Positions 9,982 through 19,390 of a stretch of DNA of 64,000 bases are shown here, in pieces (the first letter of the stretch is position 1; each line of letters starts with the position of its first letter). The notes under the pieces are model-generated. The model was not told the origin of the DNA. It did not search any database and saw nothing but the letters and a program-made list of their open reading frames with translations. The stretch covers positions 3,808,001-3,872,000 of the forward strand of contig OY762721.1 of NCBI GenBank assembly GCA_963666345.1, given 5' to 3'. The DNA is from Desulfatiglandales bacterium (GTDB lineage: Bacteria; Desulfobacterota; DSM-4660; Desulfatiglandales; Desulfatiglandaceae). A program made the translations under genes and the position numbers.

Positions 9982-11373
9982 ATGGCAGAAGAGAAAAAAA
10001 GACCAAGAAAGAGAAGGACCGCAACGGTTGCCGCGAGCAATATAGCCCCCATGGTAAAGGAGTCGATAACCGGCACCCTGAAGGCCGCTGAGGAAGGGAA
10101 AAAGCTTGCCTATTCCTTTATATGCTGCAGCTATGATGAGATCCTGATGGCAATGGATATAGTGCCGGTGTGGACGGAAAACTACGCCGGCATATGCGGG
10201 GCAAAAAGGGATGCTGAAAGATTCCTTGAAAGGGCCCAGTCTCTCGGTTTTTCAAGATCCCTATGCACTTATGCCCTCTGCGGGATCGGATTCGATCAGT
10301 GGAGGGAGGAGCTGAAGGAGATGCCGCCCGAGGCCCCCTGGGGAGGGCAGGTAAGGCCGGACTTCATGCTCTCAAGCGGCCAGATATTGTGCGACCCGCG
10401 CAACAAGTGGTATCAGGCGGTCCAGGAGTTCATGCCTGATGTGCCCATCTTCAATGTGGATCTCCCTTATCCCCTTTACGAGGACGATATAGAGGTCTCC
10501 GATGTCCAGGATTATTACATAAGACATATCACGGACGAACTCAGGGGTCTGATTAGGTTCCTGGAAGAGCAGACAGGCAAAAAGATCGATTATGACCGTT
10601 TGAGAGAACTGGTGGATCTGGGGGAAAGGACATGGAACCTGATCTGGGAGACCTATGAACTGAGAAGGGCTGTGCCTACCCCGATGGGTACCGGTGACGC
10701 AATGAACACAATGGTTCCCATGGTCTTTATGCTGGGCACACAGGAGGCGTATGATTTTTTCATGTCTCTTAATGCAGAGCTGAAAGAGAAAATCTCGAAA
10801 AAAGAGGGCGTTGTAAAGGATGAAAAATACAGGCTTCTCTGGGGCGGGGGCCTGCCCGCCTGGTTCGCGCTAAAAGATTTCAACTATTTCAACAGCAAGG
10901 GGGCGGTATTTCCGGCCGAGACCACCTACAGGATGATCGAACCCATTTACAAACTGAACATGCCTGACACGGATGACCCGGTCGAACGCCTTGCCTGGAG
11001 ATGGCTCGGATACTGGACCTACTGGTATGACAAGGCAAAGAAGCGGCCGGGATCTCACCCGGATGTCGAACGCCTGATACAGTACATCGAGGATTACAGG
11101 ATAGACGGGATAGTAATGCATGAGGCCTTTTCATGCAGGACATGGCATTTGAGCCTCATATGGCAGGTAAACCAGCTCCAGAAGATATACAAGCCGGTAC
11201 CGGTGCTGGTTCTGGGCGGAGACGGGAAAGAAAAAGAGATGCAGAGGGAAATCCCCGCCCTTATCCTTGAAAGCGATATCATAGACATAAGCTCCTACTC
11301 GGAGGTCGAGACAAGGAGCAGGATAGATGCCTTCATAGAAACCCTTGAGGGGGTAAAGGGCCGGCAGGCCTAG
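9982..11373 (+). CDS. 2-hydroxyacyl-CoA dehydratase / benzoyl-CoA reductase subunit (HgdA/BcrB/BzdO-like)
   Basis: ENYAGICGAK, SLCTYA, LCDPRNKW, FSCR, SRIDAFIETL. ATG at 9982 follows AGGAGG. Confidence 0.88.
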   Translation: MAEEKKRPRKRRTATVAASNIAPMVKESITGTLKAAEEGKKLAYSFICCSYDEILMAMDIVPVWTENYAGICGAKRDAERFLERAQSLGFSRSLCTYALCGIGFDQWREELKEMPPEAPWGGQVRPDFMLSSGQILCDPRNKWYQAVQEFMPDVPIFNVDLPYPLYEDDIEVSDVQDYYIRHITDELRGLIRFLEEQTGKKIDYDRLRELVDLGERTWNLIWETYELRRAVPTPMGTGDAMNTMVPMVFMLGTQEAYDFFMSLNAELKEKISKKEGVVKDEKYRLLWGGGLPAWFALKDFNYFNSKGAVFPAETTYRMIEPIYKLNMPDTDDPVERLAWRWLGYWTYWYDKAKKRPGSHPDVERLIQYIEDYRIDGIVMHEAFSCRTWHLSLIWQVNQLQKIYKPVPVLVLGGDGKEKEMQREIPALILESDIIDISSYSEVETRSRIDAFIETLEGVKGRQA

Positions 11374-11380
11374 AAAGGTT

Positions 11381-12226
11381 GTGGAATTGAAGGAGTATTA
11401 CGCGGGAGTGGATATAGGCTCCACCATGACCAAGGTGGTGATAATGAACCGGGGCATAGCCTCAGCCATTATCGGACCTACCGGAGCGGAACAGCGGCGC
11501 CTTGCGGATCAGGTAATGAAAAAGGCCCTTAAGGAAGCGGGCGTCTCATTTGATTCACTGATCTATATCGTCGCAACAGGTTACGGCAGGATCAATGTGC
11601 CTTTCGCCGACAGGCAGATAACGGAGATAAGCTGTCATGCAAAAGGGGTGTCATATTTTTTCCCCGAATCCGAGATGTGCATAGACATAGGAGGCCAGGA
11701 CAGCAAGGGCATCAGGATAAGAGACGGGAAACCTGTTGATTTTGTAATGAACGACAAGTGTGCGGCAGGCACCGGCAGGTTCCTGGAGATAACAGCGGAT
11801 GCGCTCGGCATAAAGGTGGGAGAGATGGGTGAGATAGCCCTTGCAAGTAAGTCCTCTGTCCAGATAAGCAACCTGTGTACCATATTCGCGGAACAGGAGG
11901 TGGTTGAAAGGCTCGCAGATGGCGTCGCGCTGAACGATCTGGTGGCGGGCATCCTGGAATCGCTCGCAGGCAGGGTGTCCAATATGGTCAAGAGGCTTTC
12001 CGTTCCAAAGGAGATTGTCGTTACAGGCGGTGTGGCCAAAAATGCCGCCATTGTGGATATGCTTTCACGCAGGCTTGGATGTAAGGCGGGTGTTCCTCCT
12101 GAACCCCTTATTACAGGTGCGGTCGGCGCGGCAATGATAGGAAAGGAGATAGTGGAAAAGGCAAAAAAAACAGGGGTGAAACCGGAGAAAAAGCGGCGCA
12201 GGCTGGACAAGGTGAAGATCTTTTGA
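11381..12226 (+). CDS. Acyl-CoA dehydratase activase ATPase (HgdC/BzdQ-like)
   Basis: GVDIGSTMTK, ATGYGR, EISCHAKG, DIGGQDSK, NDKCAAGTGRFLE, CTIFAEQE. Confidence 0.92.
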   Translation: MELKEYYAGVDIGSTMTKVVIMNRGIASAIIGPTGAEQRRLADQVMKKALKEAGVSFDSLIYIVATGYGRINVPFADRQITEISCHAKGVSYFFPESEMCIDIGGQDSKGIRIRDGKPVDFVMNDKCAAGTGRFLEITADALGIKVGEMGEIALASKSSVQISNLCTIFAEQEVVERLADGVALNDLVAGILESLAGRVSNMVKRLSVPKEIVVTGGVAKNAAIVDMLSRRLGCKAGVPPEPLITGAVGAAMIGKEIVEKAKKTGVKPEKKRRRLDKVKIF

Positions 12227-12264
12227 CCGGGTGTTTGGTATAATGTCGAGGCACCATGCTCCTT

Positions 12265-12918
12265 CTACAATGAAGTGAGTAAAAAACTGCCGTTAGCCTC
12301 CTTTTTTACCCGAAGGCCGAACATGGTTATGGTTTCGATCAGGGGCCGGCCCAGGACAAAGTCGAGCTCACCTGCCTCAAGTTTGAATGTCCGGGCGGTA
12401 TTGGGTCTCAGGGCAAGGTCGAAGCGAAGGATCTGAATAATATCTTCCACCGCACGTTCACCATCTTTTTCAATAGACCTTACAATCCCTTCAAGCCTTT
12501 TGAGGCCGCATCTTTTTTCGTGCTCATCAATCAGTTCAAGAAGTTCGGGGTCTTTGAGGATGCCTTTCCTGTCCGCCTTAGGTCTTGAAAATACCTTCAT
12601 GAAATCATCCGTATCCCAGCATTTGAGGGCCTCGCATTGCGTGGGTCTGTTCCGGTAGATAGCGCATGAATGAGTGTCTTCTTCATAAAAGACACAGCCC
12701 CCGTTTTTCTTTTCCCTTATCTTCACAAGTTCCTTTCCAATAATGACAGGTCCGCCTTTGATAGGGTCGGCGGCCAGCTCTCCCTGTCTTATGGTAAAAA
12801 GGTCCTTGAGAGCTATGAAACCTTGTTCAACAAGGATGATATCCTCCTGCTGAAGGGTAGGGCTCGATTTGAGACAGCACTGCCCGCATCTTAAGCATTT
12901 TGTTCTTTGTGCCTCCAT
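12265..12918 (-). CDS. YkgJ/CxxCxxCC family cysteine-cluster protein
   Basis: CLRCGQCC ... CVFY ... CAIYRNRPTQC. Confidence 0.85.
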   Translation of the reverse strand: MEAQRTKCLRCGQCCLKSSPTLQQEDIILVEQGFIALKDLFTIRQGELAADPIKGGPVIIGKELVKIREKKNGGCVFYEEDTHSCAIYRNRPTQCEALKCWDTDDFMKVFSRPKADRKGILKDPELLELIDEHEKRCGLKRLEGIVRSIEKDGERAVEDIIQILRFDLALRPNTARTFKLEAGELDFVLGRPLIETITMFGLRVKKEANGSFLLTSL

Positions 12919-13055
12919 CTTGATGCGCCTCAGAATTCCCCTTTTTTTATTGTCTTAATTGTTTTAAAAAATCAACATAGAAGACCAGCAGCCTGCCGTC
13001 AATTGAATTTAAGGATTCAAGGATTCCAGGGGCAAAGGGTTCGGGTGGGGGCTAT

Positions 13056-13440
13056 CCCTCCGGCACCTCCGATTGTGCGTAAACAGACAGATGTCTTTAA
13101 GAGCGGGCAGGGGTGTCCCCAATTTTTCCATATAACCAGTAACGAATAACACTGCCCGTTCAAGGTGGTTACTGTTCCGGCACCGGCACTCTTTTTCCGT
13201 CCTTCTCTATTTCTTGCGGAAAAGTGACCGCATCCACGGGTTTTTGCAGGCGTTACCTTGGCTGACAGGGCACCGTAAAAGAAAGCCCGGTCTGCGGCCA
13301 CTGCTACTTCCTGTGGTATTTTTTTGTGAGATAAGACCGGGGAAAAAGCCCCGGCGCCTCCGTTTGTTTGTAAGGCAAGCAGAGATATCGGAAAACGGGC
13401 GGAGGCTTTTCACGCCTTTCTCGCCACTTATAATCAGTGA
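13056..13440 (+). repeat. Dispersed ~290-bp structured repeat, copy 1 (about 1.3 units)
   Basis: Long near-identical blocks shared with 34754-35062 and 40262-40620; the unit start ccggc(a/g)cctccg recurs at 13060 and 13351. Confidence 0.92.
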
Positions 13441-13458
13441 TGTGGAACCGTGCAAAAC

Positions 13459-13495
13459 AAGGGGCCTCCCGGATAAACCGGAAAGGCCCCTTTTC
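13459..13495. terminator. Hairpin downstream of the thiolase gene (probable terminator)
   Basis: aaggggcct-cccggataaaccgga-aaggcccctttt. Confidence 0.6.
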
Positions 13496-13524
13496 GCCTG
13501 GCAAGGAGGAGGAAAGCAGGCGTA

Positions 13525-14724
13525 TTACGAACCAACCTTGAAGATAATCGATGCCCCTGTGTCACCGGCGGCGCACCCGGCCCACAGACCGTACCCGCCG
13601 CCCATAAGGGCGAGTTCCTCTATCATTTCCATCATAAGCCTTCCCGCGGTGGGCGCCTGCGGGTGGCCGTAGATGAGAGAGCTTCCGTAGTTGTTCATCC
13701 ACATGACATCAAATCCCATCTTTTTTGCCATGTTTATGTCGTTTATCGCAAAGGGGTTATGTGTCTTGACCGCCTTGATTTCATCCATTTTGAGCCCGGC
13801 GTTTTTGAGGGCCATCTCGGCTGCGGGCACCGGGGCGGCGGCCATGTAGCCTCTCTTTGCCCTTGAAAAACCGTAGGAGACAATCTGTACGGCCATGGCC
13901 GGGTCCTTGCTCAGTTCCCTGGCCTTTTCCTTTGTAGTTACAATGAAGCCGCAGCTTCCGTCGGCAGGGTGCGTCTGCGCGCCGAAACTGTGCACCCCTC
14001 CAGGTTCCACCGACCTCAATTTGGCAAGACCTTCAGCCGTTGAAGGGGTAACCCCTTCATCTTCTTCCACAAGGATTGTCTTTTTCCTTGATATCTTTAC
14101 TTCCGCGGGAAACATATATCTTTTCTGAAAGGCCCTGTCGTCCGCCAGGGCATCCTGGTACTGTTCATATCTTCGAAAGGCCACCGCATCACATTCTTCC
14201 TTTGTGGCGCCGATTTCTTTGGCCACATTTTCGGCGGTCTGTATCATCTTGAGACCCGCATTCGGATCGCTGTTAAAGTGATCCATCATCCAGTTCTCGG
14301 AGATCACCTCTCCGCCCGGACCCATAGGGTTGGGCCATATCGTATGCGGACCGTTTGAACAGCGGTCCGTCATGAGCGCGAAGGCAGTGTCAAAACTTCC
14401 GCATTCTATGTTCACCGCGGCCAGATGAACGCATGTGGTGGAGGTGGTGCAGGCCTGGTTGATCATAAGGCCGGGAAGATCCTTTTCATTGTCAACCAGC
14501 ATGGCAGCGGCCCAGTTGTGGCTGTAAAAGAGCTCAGGCTGCCCGATGGTGATACCGAAATATAGATACTCCAGCATCTTTGGATCATAGTCGCTTGCAA
14601 GGAGCCACCTGCGGGCCGATTTTGCTCCCAGTTCTATGGAATTTTCATTCTGCATTGTGCCCTGCCAGCGGCAGAAAGGGGTTGAGTAGTAGCCCCCGTA
14701 GGGGATAAATGCCTTGTTTAACAT
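13525..14724 (-). CDS. Thiolase family protein
   Basis: NQACTTS nucleophile, GHP, CAAG; HNPF in place of NEAF. Confidence 0.9.
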   Translation of the reverse strand: MLNKAFIPYGGYYSTPFCRWQGTMQNENSIELGAKSARRWLLASDYDPKMLEYLYFGITIGQPELFYSHNWAAAMLVDNEKDLPGLMINQACTTSTTCVHLAAVNIECGSFDTAFALMTDRCSNGPHTIWPNPMGPGGEVISENWMMDHFNSDPNAGLKMIQTAENVAKEIGATKEECDAVAFRRYEQYQDALADDRAFQKRYMFPAEVKISRKKTILVEEDEGVTPSTAEGLAKLRSVEPGGVHSFGAQTHPADGSCGFIVTTKEKARELSKDPAMAVQIVSYGFSRAKRGYMAAAPVPAAEMALKNAGLKMDEIKAVKTHNPFAINDINMAKKMGFDVMWMNNYGSSLIYGHPQAPTAGRLMMEMIEELALMGGGYGLWAGCAAGDTGASIIFKVGS

Positions 14725-14918
14725 GGATGTCTACCTCCGCTTGTTAAGATATGAGTCTAAACTAAATGGTTTTTCTCCAATTCAGATTGGAGAAAAGGGT
14801 CCGAGTTCCTTTGTCTTGGCTACTGCCGGGCGCTCAGATCTTTAGAATTGTATGGCAGTTCGTTCAGACCATTGAATGATCAGGATTACAAATGCTCGAC
14901 CGGGGATGCGGCAGTCTG

Positions 14919-16499
14919 TCAGGCATCGCTCCACCTGCCGTGTTTTTCCCTCAGTATCCTGTGCAGTATCTTGCCCGTAGGGGTCCTCGGCATTTCGTCA
15001 TCCTGTATGAAGTCGATTGTCTTGGGTCTCTTGAACCCGGCCAGTTTCCCTTTGGTGAATTCGAGTATCTCCTCTGCCAGGGCCTCATCGCCCCGGTAAC
15101 CCTCGTTAAGCACAATGATTGCCTTTACCGCTTCTCCCCATTTGTCATCAGGAATACCTATGACCGCGATATCCCTTACCGCCTCATGCGCCCCGGCAAC
15201 GCTTTCCACTTCCGAGGGGTAGACATTTTCCCCACCCGTTATTATCATGTTGGCCTTTCTGTCAACCAGGACGTAGTAGCCGTCTTCATCCCGTATTACC
15301 ATGTCTCCCGCTGACGACCACTTTCCGTCAAATGCCTGTTTTGTCTTTTCAGGTTCCTTGAGGTATTCCTTGAAGAGCATGGGGGTCCTGTAAAAGAGCT
15401 CTCCCACCTGGCCATCCGGCACGTCGTTTCTATTTTCATCGAGTATCCTTATCCTGTCTGTGCCGAAGATCTCCTTGCCTATGGATCCAAGTTTCTTGAA
15501 CTGATCTTCGGGACGCAGCAGGGTGACCAGTCCGCCTTCGGTACTGCCGTAGGCCTCCCATAGTTCGGCATTCTTAAAATACTCCATTATGGCCAGTTTG
15601 AGGTCCTTTCTTGCGGGCGCCGATGAAATGAGGAGCTGGCGTATCGAACTGACGTCGATATTGCCTTTTATGTCATCAGGCAGGGCGAGCATCATTATGT
15701 AGTGGGTGGGAACCAGGGAGGTAAAGGTGATTCCGTACTTTTCAATGGTTTTGAGCAGGTCCACCGGATCGAAACTTGTCATGTTGTAGACAAAGACGGG
15801 TGCTGATACCAGGGTGTAGGGAAAGGAATAGAATATGGAATTGACATGGCACATCGGCATCACGAGCATGACCTTATCTGTGGGAAGCACCCCCATGTTT
15901 ATGTCGTTCAGGTAATACTGCGCCATGTAGCTTTCATGTGTCCTTACCACTCCCTTTGGCGTGCCGGTAGCACCGGATGTGTACATGATGGTCCAGGTGT
16001 CGTCTCCATCCACCATGATATCCGGCTCTTCGGGCGATGAACCGGCAAGCCAGTCTTCGTAACCGATATAGCCTTCAGGGACCTCTCCGTCCCCCAGATA
16101 GATATAGGCGTCGGCCGGAACAGACAGTTTGTCCCTTATGCCGTTTATAAGCTCCACAAAGGGCTTTTCAACTATAAAGGCCTTGCATTCGGAATGACTT
16201 GCTATGCGTTCGACATCAGGGGCGGCGAGCCTGAACATTATGGGGACTATTATCTGCCCCCCCTTGGCGCACCCGGCGTAGATATCCATCCATTCGCCCC
16301 TGTTGAATGCTATGACTGCAAAGGTCTCTTTGTATCCCACTCCGATACCGGCGAGCCCGTTTGCAAGGCGGCACGATCTTTCGTTCCACTGTTTGAATGT
16401 GTATTCATTGACCTTATCCTGCCACCCGAGCCTGTCAGGATAATTGACGGCATTCATCTTTAATACTGTCCCCGCATGCATCCACTTGCTGGTCGTCAT
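14919..16499 (-). CDS. Acyl-CoA synthetase (AMP-forming)
   Basis: YTSGATGTPKG, YGSTE, AGD, DRKANMIITGGENVYP, TGKI. Start placed at MTTSKW after a G-rich RBS. Confidence 0.93.
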   Translation of the reverse strand: MTTSKWMHAGTVLKMNAVNYPDRLGWQDKVNEYTFKQWNERSCRLANGLAGIGVGYKETFAVIAFNRGEWMDIYAGCAKGGQIIVPIMFRLAAPDVERIASHSECKAFIVEKPFVELINGIRDKLSVPADAYIYLGDGEVPEGYIGYEDWLAGSSPEEPDIMVDGDDTWTIMYTSGATGTPKGVVRTHESYMAQYYLNDINMGVLPTDKVMLVMPMCHVNSIFYSFPYTLVSAPVFVYNMTSFDPVDLLKTIEKYGITFTSLVPTHYIMMLALPDDIKGNIDVSSIRQLLISSAPARKDLKLAIMEYFKNAELWEAYGSTEGGLVTLLRPEDQFKKLGSIGKEIFGTDRIRILDENRNDVPDGQVGELFYRTPMLFKEYLKEPEKTKQAFDGKWSSAGDMVIRDEDGYYVLVDRKANMIITGGENVYPSEVESVAGAHEAVRDIAVIGIPDDKWGEAVKAIIVLNEGYRGDEALAEEILEFTKGKLAGFKRPKTIDFIQDDEMPRTPTGKILHRILREKHGRWSDA

Positions 16500-16572
16500 A
16501 ATACCCCCCCCTCTGTCGATTGGGTTACAGTGAGCGCCCGCCGGCACTTTCCGAGTGATACTTCCCTTGTCC

Positions 16573-19164
16573 TTACATGGCATTGGCAACAATTTCGGTG
16601 ATGTCCATTATCTTTATCTTCCCGCGTTCCTCCTTGGGGATGGCCTTTGCGCCTTTTCGAAGGTTGTCCTTGCATGCGGCACAGCCGGAAACGATAATCT
16701 CGGCTCCTACTTCAAGGGCGTCCCTGACTCTTTCTTCAGCCATGTCAACCGACATTTCAGGGTTGTTGGCGCTCACCCCGCCTCCTCCGCCGCAGCATCT
16801 GGCATGGAGCCTGTTGCGCGCCATTTCCACATATTCTAGTCCCGGTATGGCCTTGAGTATGTTTCTCGGCTCCTCAAAAATCTTGAAAGCCCTTCCAAGA
16901 TCGCACGGATCATGGTAGGTAACCTTTTTGCCCAGCTCTTTGCTGAATGTGATCTTTCCCTCATTGATAAGTCTTTCCAGATAATGCACCGAGTGGTAGA
17001 CATCAAGGCCCAGGTCTCCCACTTGAGGGTAGATCTTTTTGAAGGTCTTGTAGCAACCCGCACAGGGCGTGACGAGTTCGCGGGCACCTGTGGCCCTTAT
17101 CTTTTCAATGACCTTTTCCGCGTGTTCCTCGAAGTCGTCCGCGCCCATGAGAAAGAGCGGAAAACCGCAGCAGCCCTCGTCCGCAGCCAGTGTGGTATAT
17201 TCGATTCCTGCCTCCTCAAGAGGTTTTATAAGGCTTGGCACCATTTTCATGTCAAGATAGCTGGGCACACAACCCATGAATAGGAGCGTATCCGCCCTGG
17301 ACTTCAGCTTCCCGTTCCTTATCCTCTCCTTGAGAACAGGAGGATAGATGTCAATCCTGTCTTCTTCGGCGCTTGCATAGACATTACCTGTTTTGCCGAT
17401 ATTCTCCCTTACCGCCATGACAGGTTCAGGCGTGAGTCCGTCATTGAAGAGCTTTTTTCTGACCCCTTCGACGATTTCGTCTACCTTTACCTGGGCCGGA
17501 CAGAAGTAGGTACATGCCTGACAGGTGGTGCAGCTGTAAAATGCCTCCGCGAGGTCGGATGAAGCTGGAAGGGTACCGTAGATGTAATTAAAGGCGAGTG
17601 CATTACGGCCCCTGGCGTTTCTCGATTCCCTGTGGGTTATGCTGAATGTGGGGCAACCCAGCCTGCAGAATCCGCAGTGGATGCAGGCGATTACCTCGTT
17701 GTCGAGTTCAAGGCCGAGTGAATTGACACCTTCCGGGTGATCAAGCAGCGGCTTGAAGGCGAAGTAGTCATATATGTCGTACTTTTTCTTTTCAAGCCCC
17801 ATCTTGCCGGGATTCAGGATGTTGTTGGGGTCGAGTGCGTCCTTTATGGTCCTCATGACATCAAGCGCAGGCCCGAGCTGCTTTTCTATGTACGGCGCCC
17901 GTGCAAGTCCGGTCCCATGTTCGGCTGTCACGGTCCCGCCCATCTCGATGGCCAGATCGGCAAGTTCATCCGCGGCCGGTTTGAGTCTGTCCCATTCGTC
18001 CCTGCTTCTCATGTCGGTTACAAAGGTCGTGTGAACGTTTCCATCCCCGATGTGGCCGAATGTGGTTATGAGAAGCCGGTATTTGTCGGAGATCTCCTGC
18101 GCCCTTTTTATGACTTCGGGAATCCTTGTCGGGGGGATGCCCAGATCCTCTGAAATGGCCACGAGCCTGTTTCCCGGTTTTATCCTGGAAAGGGTAGGCA
18201 CAAGTTTTCCGCGTGCCTCCATTATCTCGGCCGCCTTGGCAGGGTCGTCACTCCATGTGAATTCCTTTACATCACGGCTCCGGCATATCTCCCTGATCCT
18301 TTCCATGTCTTTTACGACGGTTTCCTCCACGCCGTCTGACTCTATGATGAGCATGGCCTCTATGCCGGTGATGTCTCTTTCAATGGCCTTTTCAACGACC
18401 TTGAGGGAGTATTTGTCCAAGATTTCGCAGGCCGTCAACTGAATGCCTGATCCTATTATGTCCTTGACCGCATTACCCGCGGCAAACAGGTCATCGAATA
18501 TTGCCAGGGCCAGGGCGTTGTATTCAGGAACTACCTGAATCGCGACGGTTATTTGCGTTATTATGCCGAGGGTGCCTTCAGAACTCGCAAAGACCCGGTT
18601 GAGATCGTAACCGAAGGAGGATTTCGGGGTTTTGAACCCCGTTTCAATGATAGTCCCGTCGGCAAGTACCACCTTCATGGCCTTGAGATAATCCCTGGCG
18701 GTTCCATATTTGACCGCCCTGTGGCCGCTTGAGTTGGTTGACATCATGCCGCCTATGGTGGCTATCGCCTCGCTTCCCGGGTTGGGGGGGAACATAAGGT
18801 TATGTTCGGCGAGAGCCGCATTGAGCTGGTTGCAGATCACGCCCGGTTCAACGGTGGCGTAAAAGTTGTCCTTGTTTATTTCCAGGATGCTGTTCATCCT
18901 GTGGAGATCAAGCAGGATGCCGCCCTTTACCGGAAGGGAGGCGCCCGTTGTCGCGGTGCCTGAACCCTGAACCGTTACCGGCATTCCATGGCTGTTCGCG
19001 AGACTCATTATCCCTGATATCTGCTCGGTGGTAGTGGCGAATACAACGGCATCAGGAATGCCTTCGTGAACGGAAAGGTCCCTTGAATAGGAAATGCATT
19101 CAACAGGACCGGTAAAGACATTTTCCTGGCCTACGATCTGGATAATCTTAGGTATTATATCCAT
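16573..19164 (-). CDS. FAD-linked oxidoreductase (GlcD/D-LDH-like) fused to 4Fe-4S and CCG (GlcF/HdrD-like) domains
   Basis: FAD_binding_4 region, HIGDGNVH, AEHGTG, CxxCxxCxxxCP twice, CCG motifs, YHDPC. Confidence 0.9.
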   Translation of the reverse strand: MDIIPKIIQIVGQENVFTGPVECISYSRDLSVHEGIPDAVVFATTTEQISGIMSLANSHGMPVTVQGSGTATTGASLPVKGGILLDLHRMNSILEINKDNFYATVEPGVICNQLNAALAEHNLMFPPNPGSEAIATIGGMMSTNSSGHRAVKYGTARDYLKAMKVVLADGTIIETGFKTPKSSFGYDLNRVFASSEGTLGIITQITVAIQVVPEYNALALAIFDDLFAAGNAVKDIIGSGIQLTACEILDKYSLKVVEKAIERDITGIEAMLIIESDGVEETVVKDMERIREICRSRDVKEFTWSDDPAKAAEIMEARGKLVPTLSRIKPGNRLVAISEDLGIPPTRIPEVIKRAQEISDKYRLLITTFGHIGDGNVHTTFVTDMRSRDEWDRLKPAADELADLAIEMGGTVTAEHGTGLARAPYIEKQLGPALDVMRTIKDALDPNNILNPGKMGLEKKKYDIYDYFAFKPLLDHPEGVNSLGLELDNEVIACIHCGFCRLGCPTFSITHRESRNARGRNALAFNYIYGTLPASSDLAEAFYSCTTCQACTYFCPAQVKVDEIVEGVRKKLFNDGLTPEPVMAVRENIGKTGNVYASAEEDRIDIYPPVLKERIRNGKLKSRADTLLFMGCVPSYLDMKMVPSLIKPLEEAGIEYTTLAADEGCCGFPLFLMGADDFEEHAEKVIEKIRATGARELVTPCAGCYKTFKKIYPQVGDLGLDVYHSVHYLERLINEGKITFSKELGKKVTYHDPCDLGRAFKIFEEPRNILKAIPGLEYVEMARNRLHARCCGGGGGVSANNPEMSVDMAEERVRDALEVGAEIIVSGCAACKDNLRKGAKAIPKEERGKIKIMDITEIVANAM

Positions 19165-19260
19165 TTCTTGACCTCCTCAGCCGGTTTTAAGACATCTGGA
19201 AGAAAACAAAGTGGGGAAATGGAAAGTAAACAATTATGGCTATTATTTAGCTATAAAGTG

Positions 19261-19290
19261 ACTATAAAACAGCGCTGAAGGGCTTGTCAA
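19261..19290 (-). promoter_or_regulatory. Putative sigma70 promoter for the oxidoreductase-ligase-thiolase operon
   Basis: TTGACA-18 nt-TATAGT on the minus strand. Confidence 0.55.
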
Positions 19291-19390
19291 GTCAAATAAC
19301 CTGCAGCATAACCAAGTTGATGGAAGATCGATAATAGAATACCGGGCGCGATTATGGAAACGTGTATAATGTGGATTATATCATGTTTTT

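Noticed and set aside
13056..13440. CRISPR interpretation of the recurring ccggcacctccg motif
   Set aside because: The period is about 290 bp, the intervening sequence is conserved and not unique, and there are no cas genes.
13017..13672. ORFs over the 290-bp repeat (also 34541-35040 and 40412-41012) with similar peptides such as SQKNTTGSSSGRR
   Set aside because: Similarity appears in several frames on both strands, starts are inconsistent and there is no RBS; this is a by-product of the DNA repeat.
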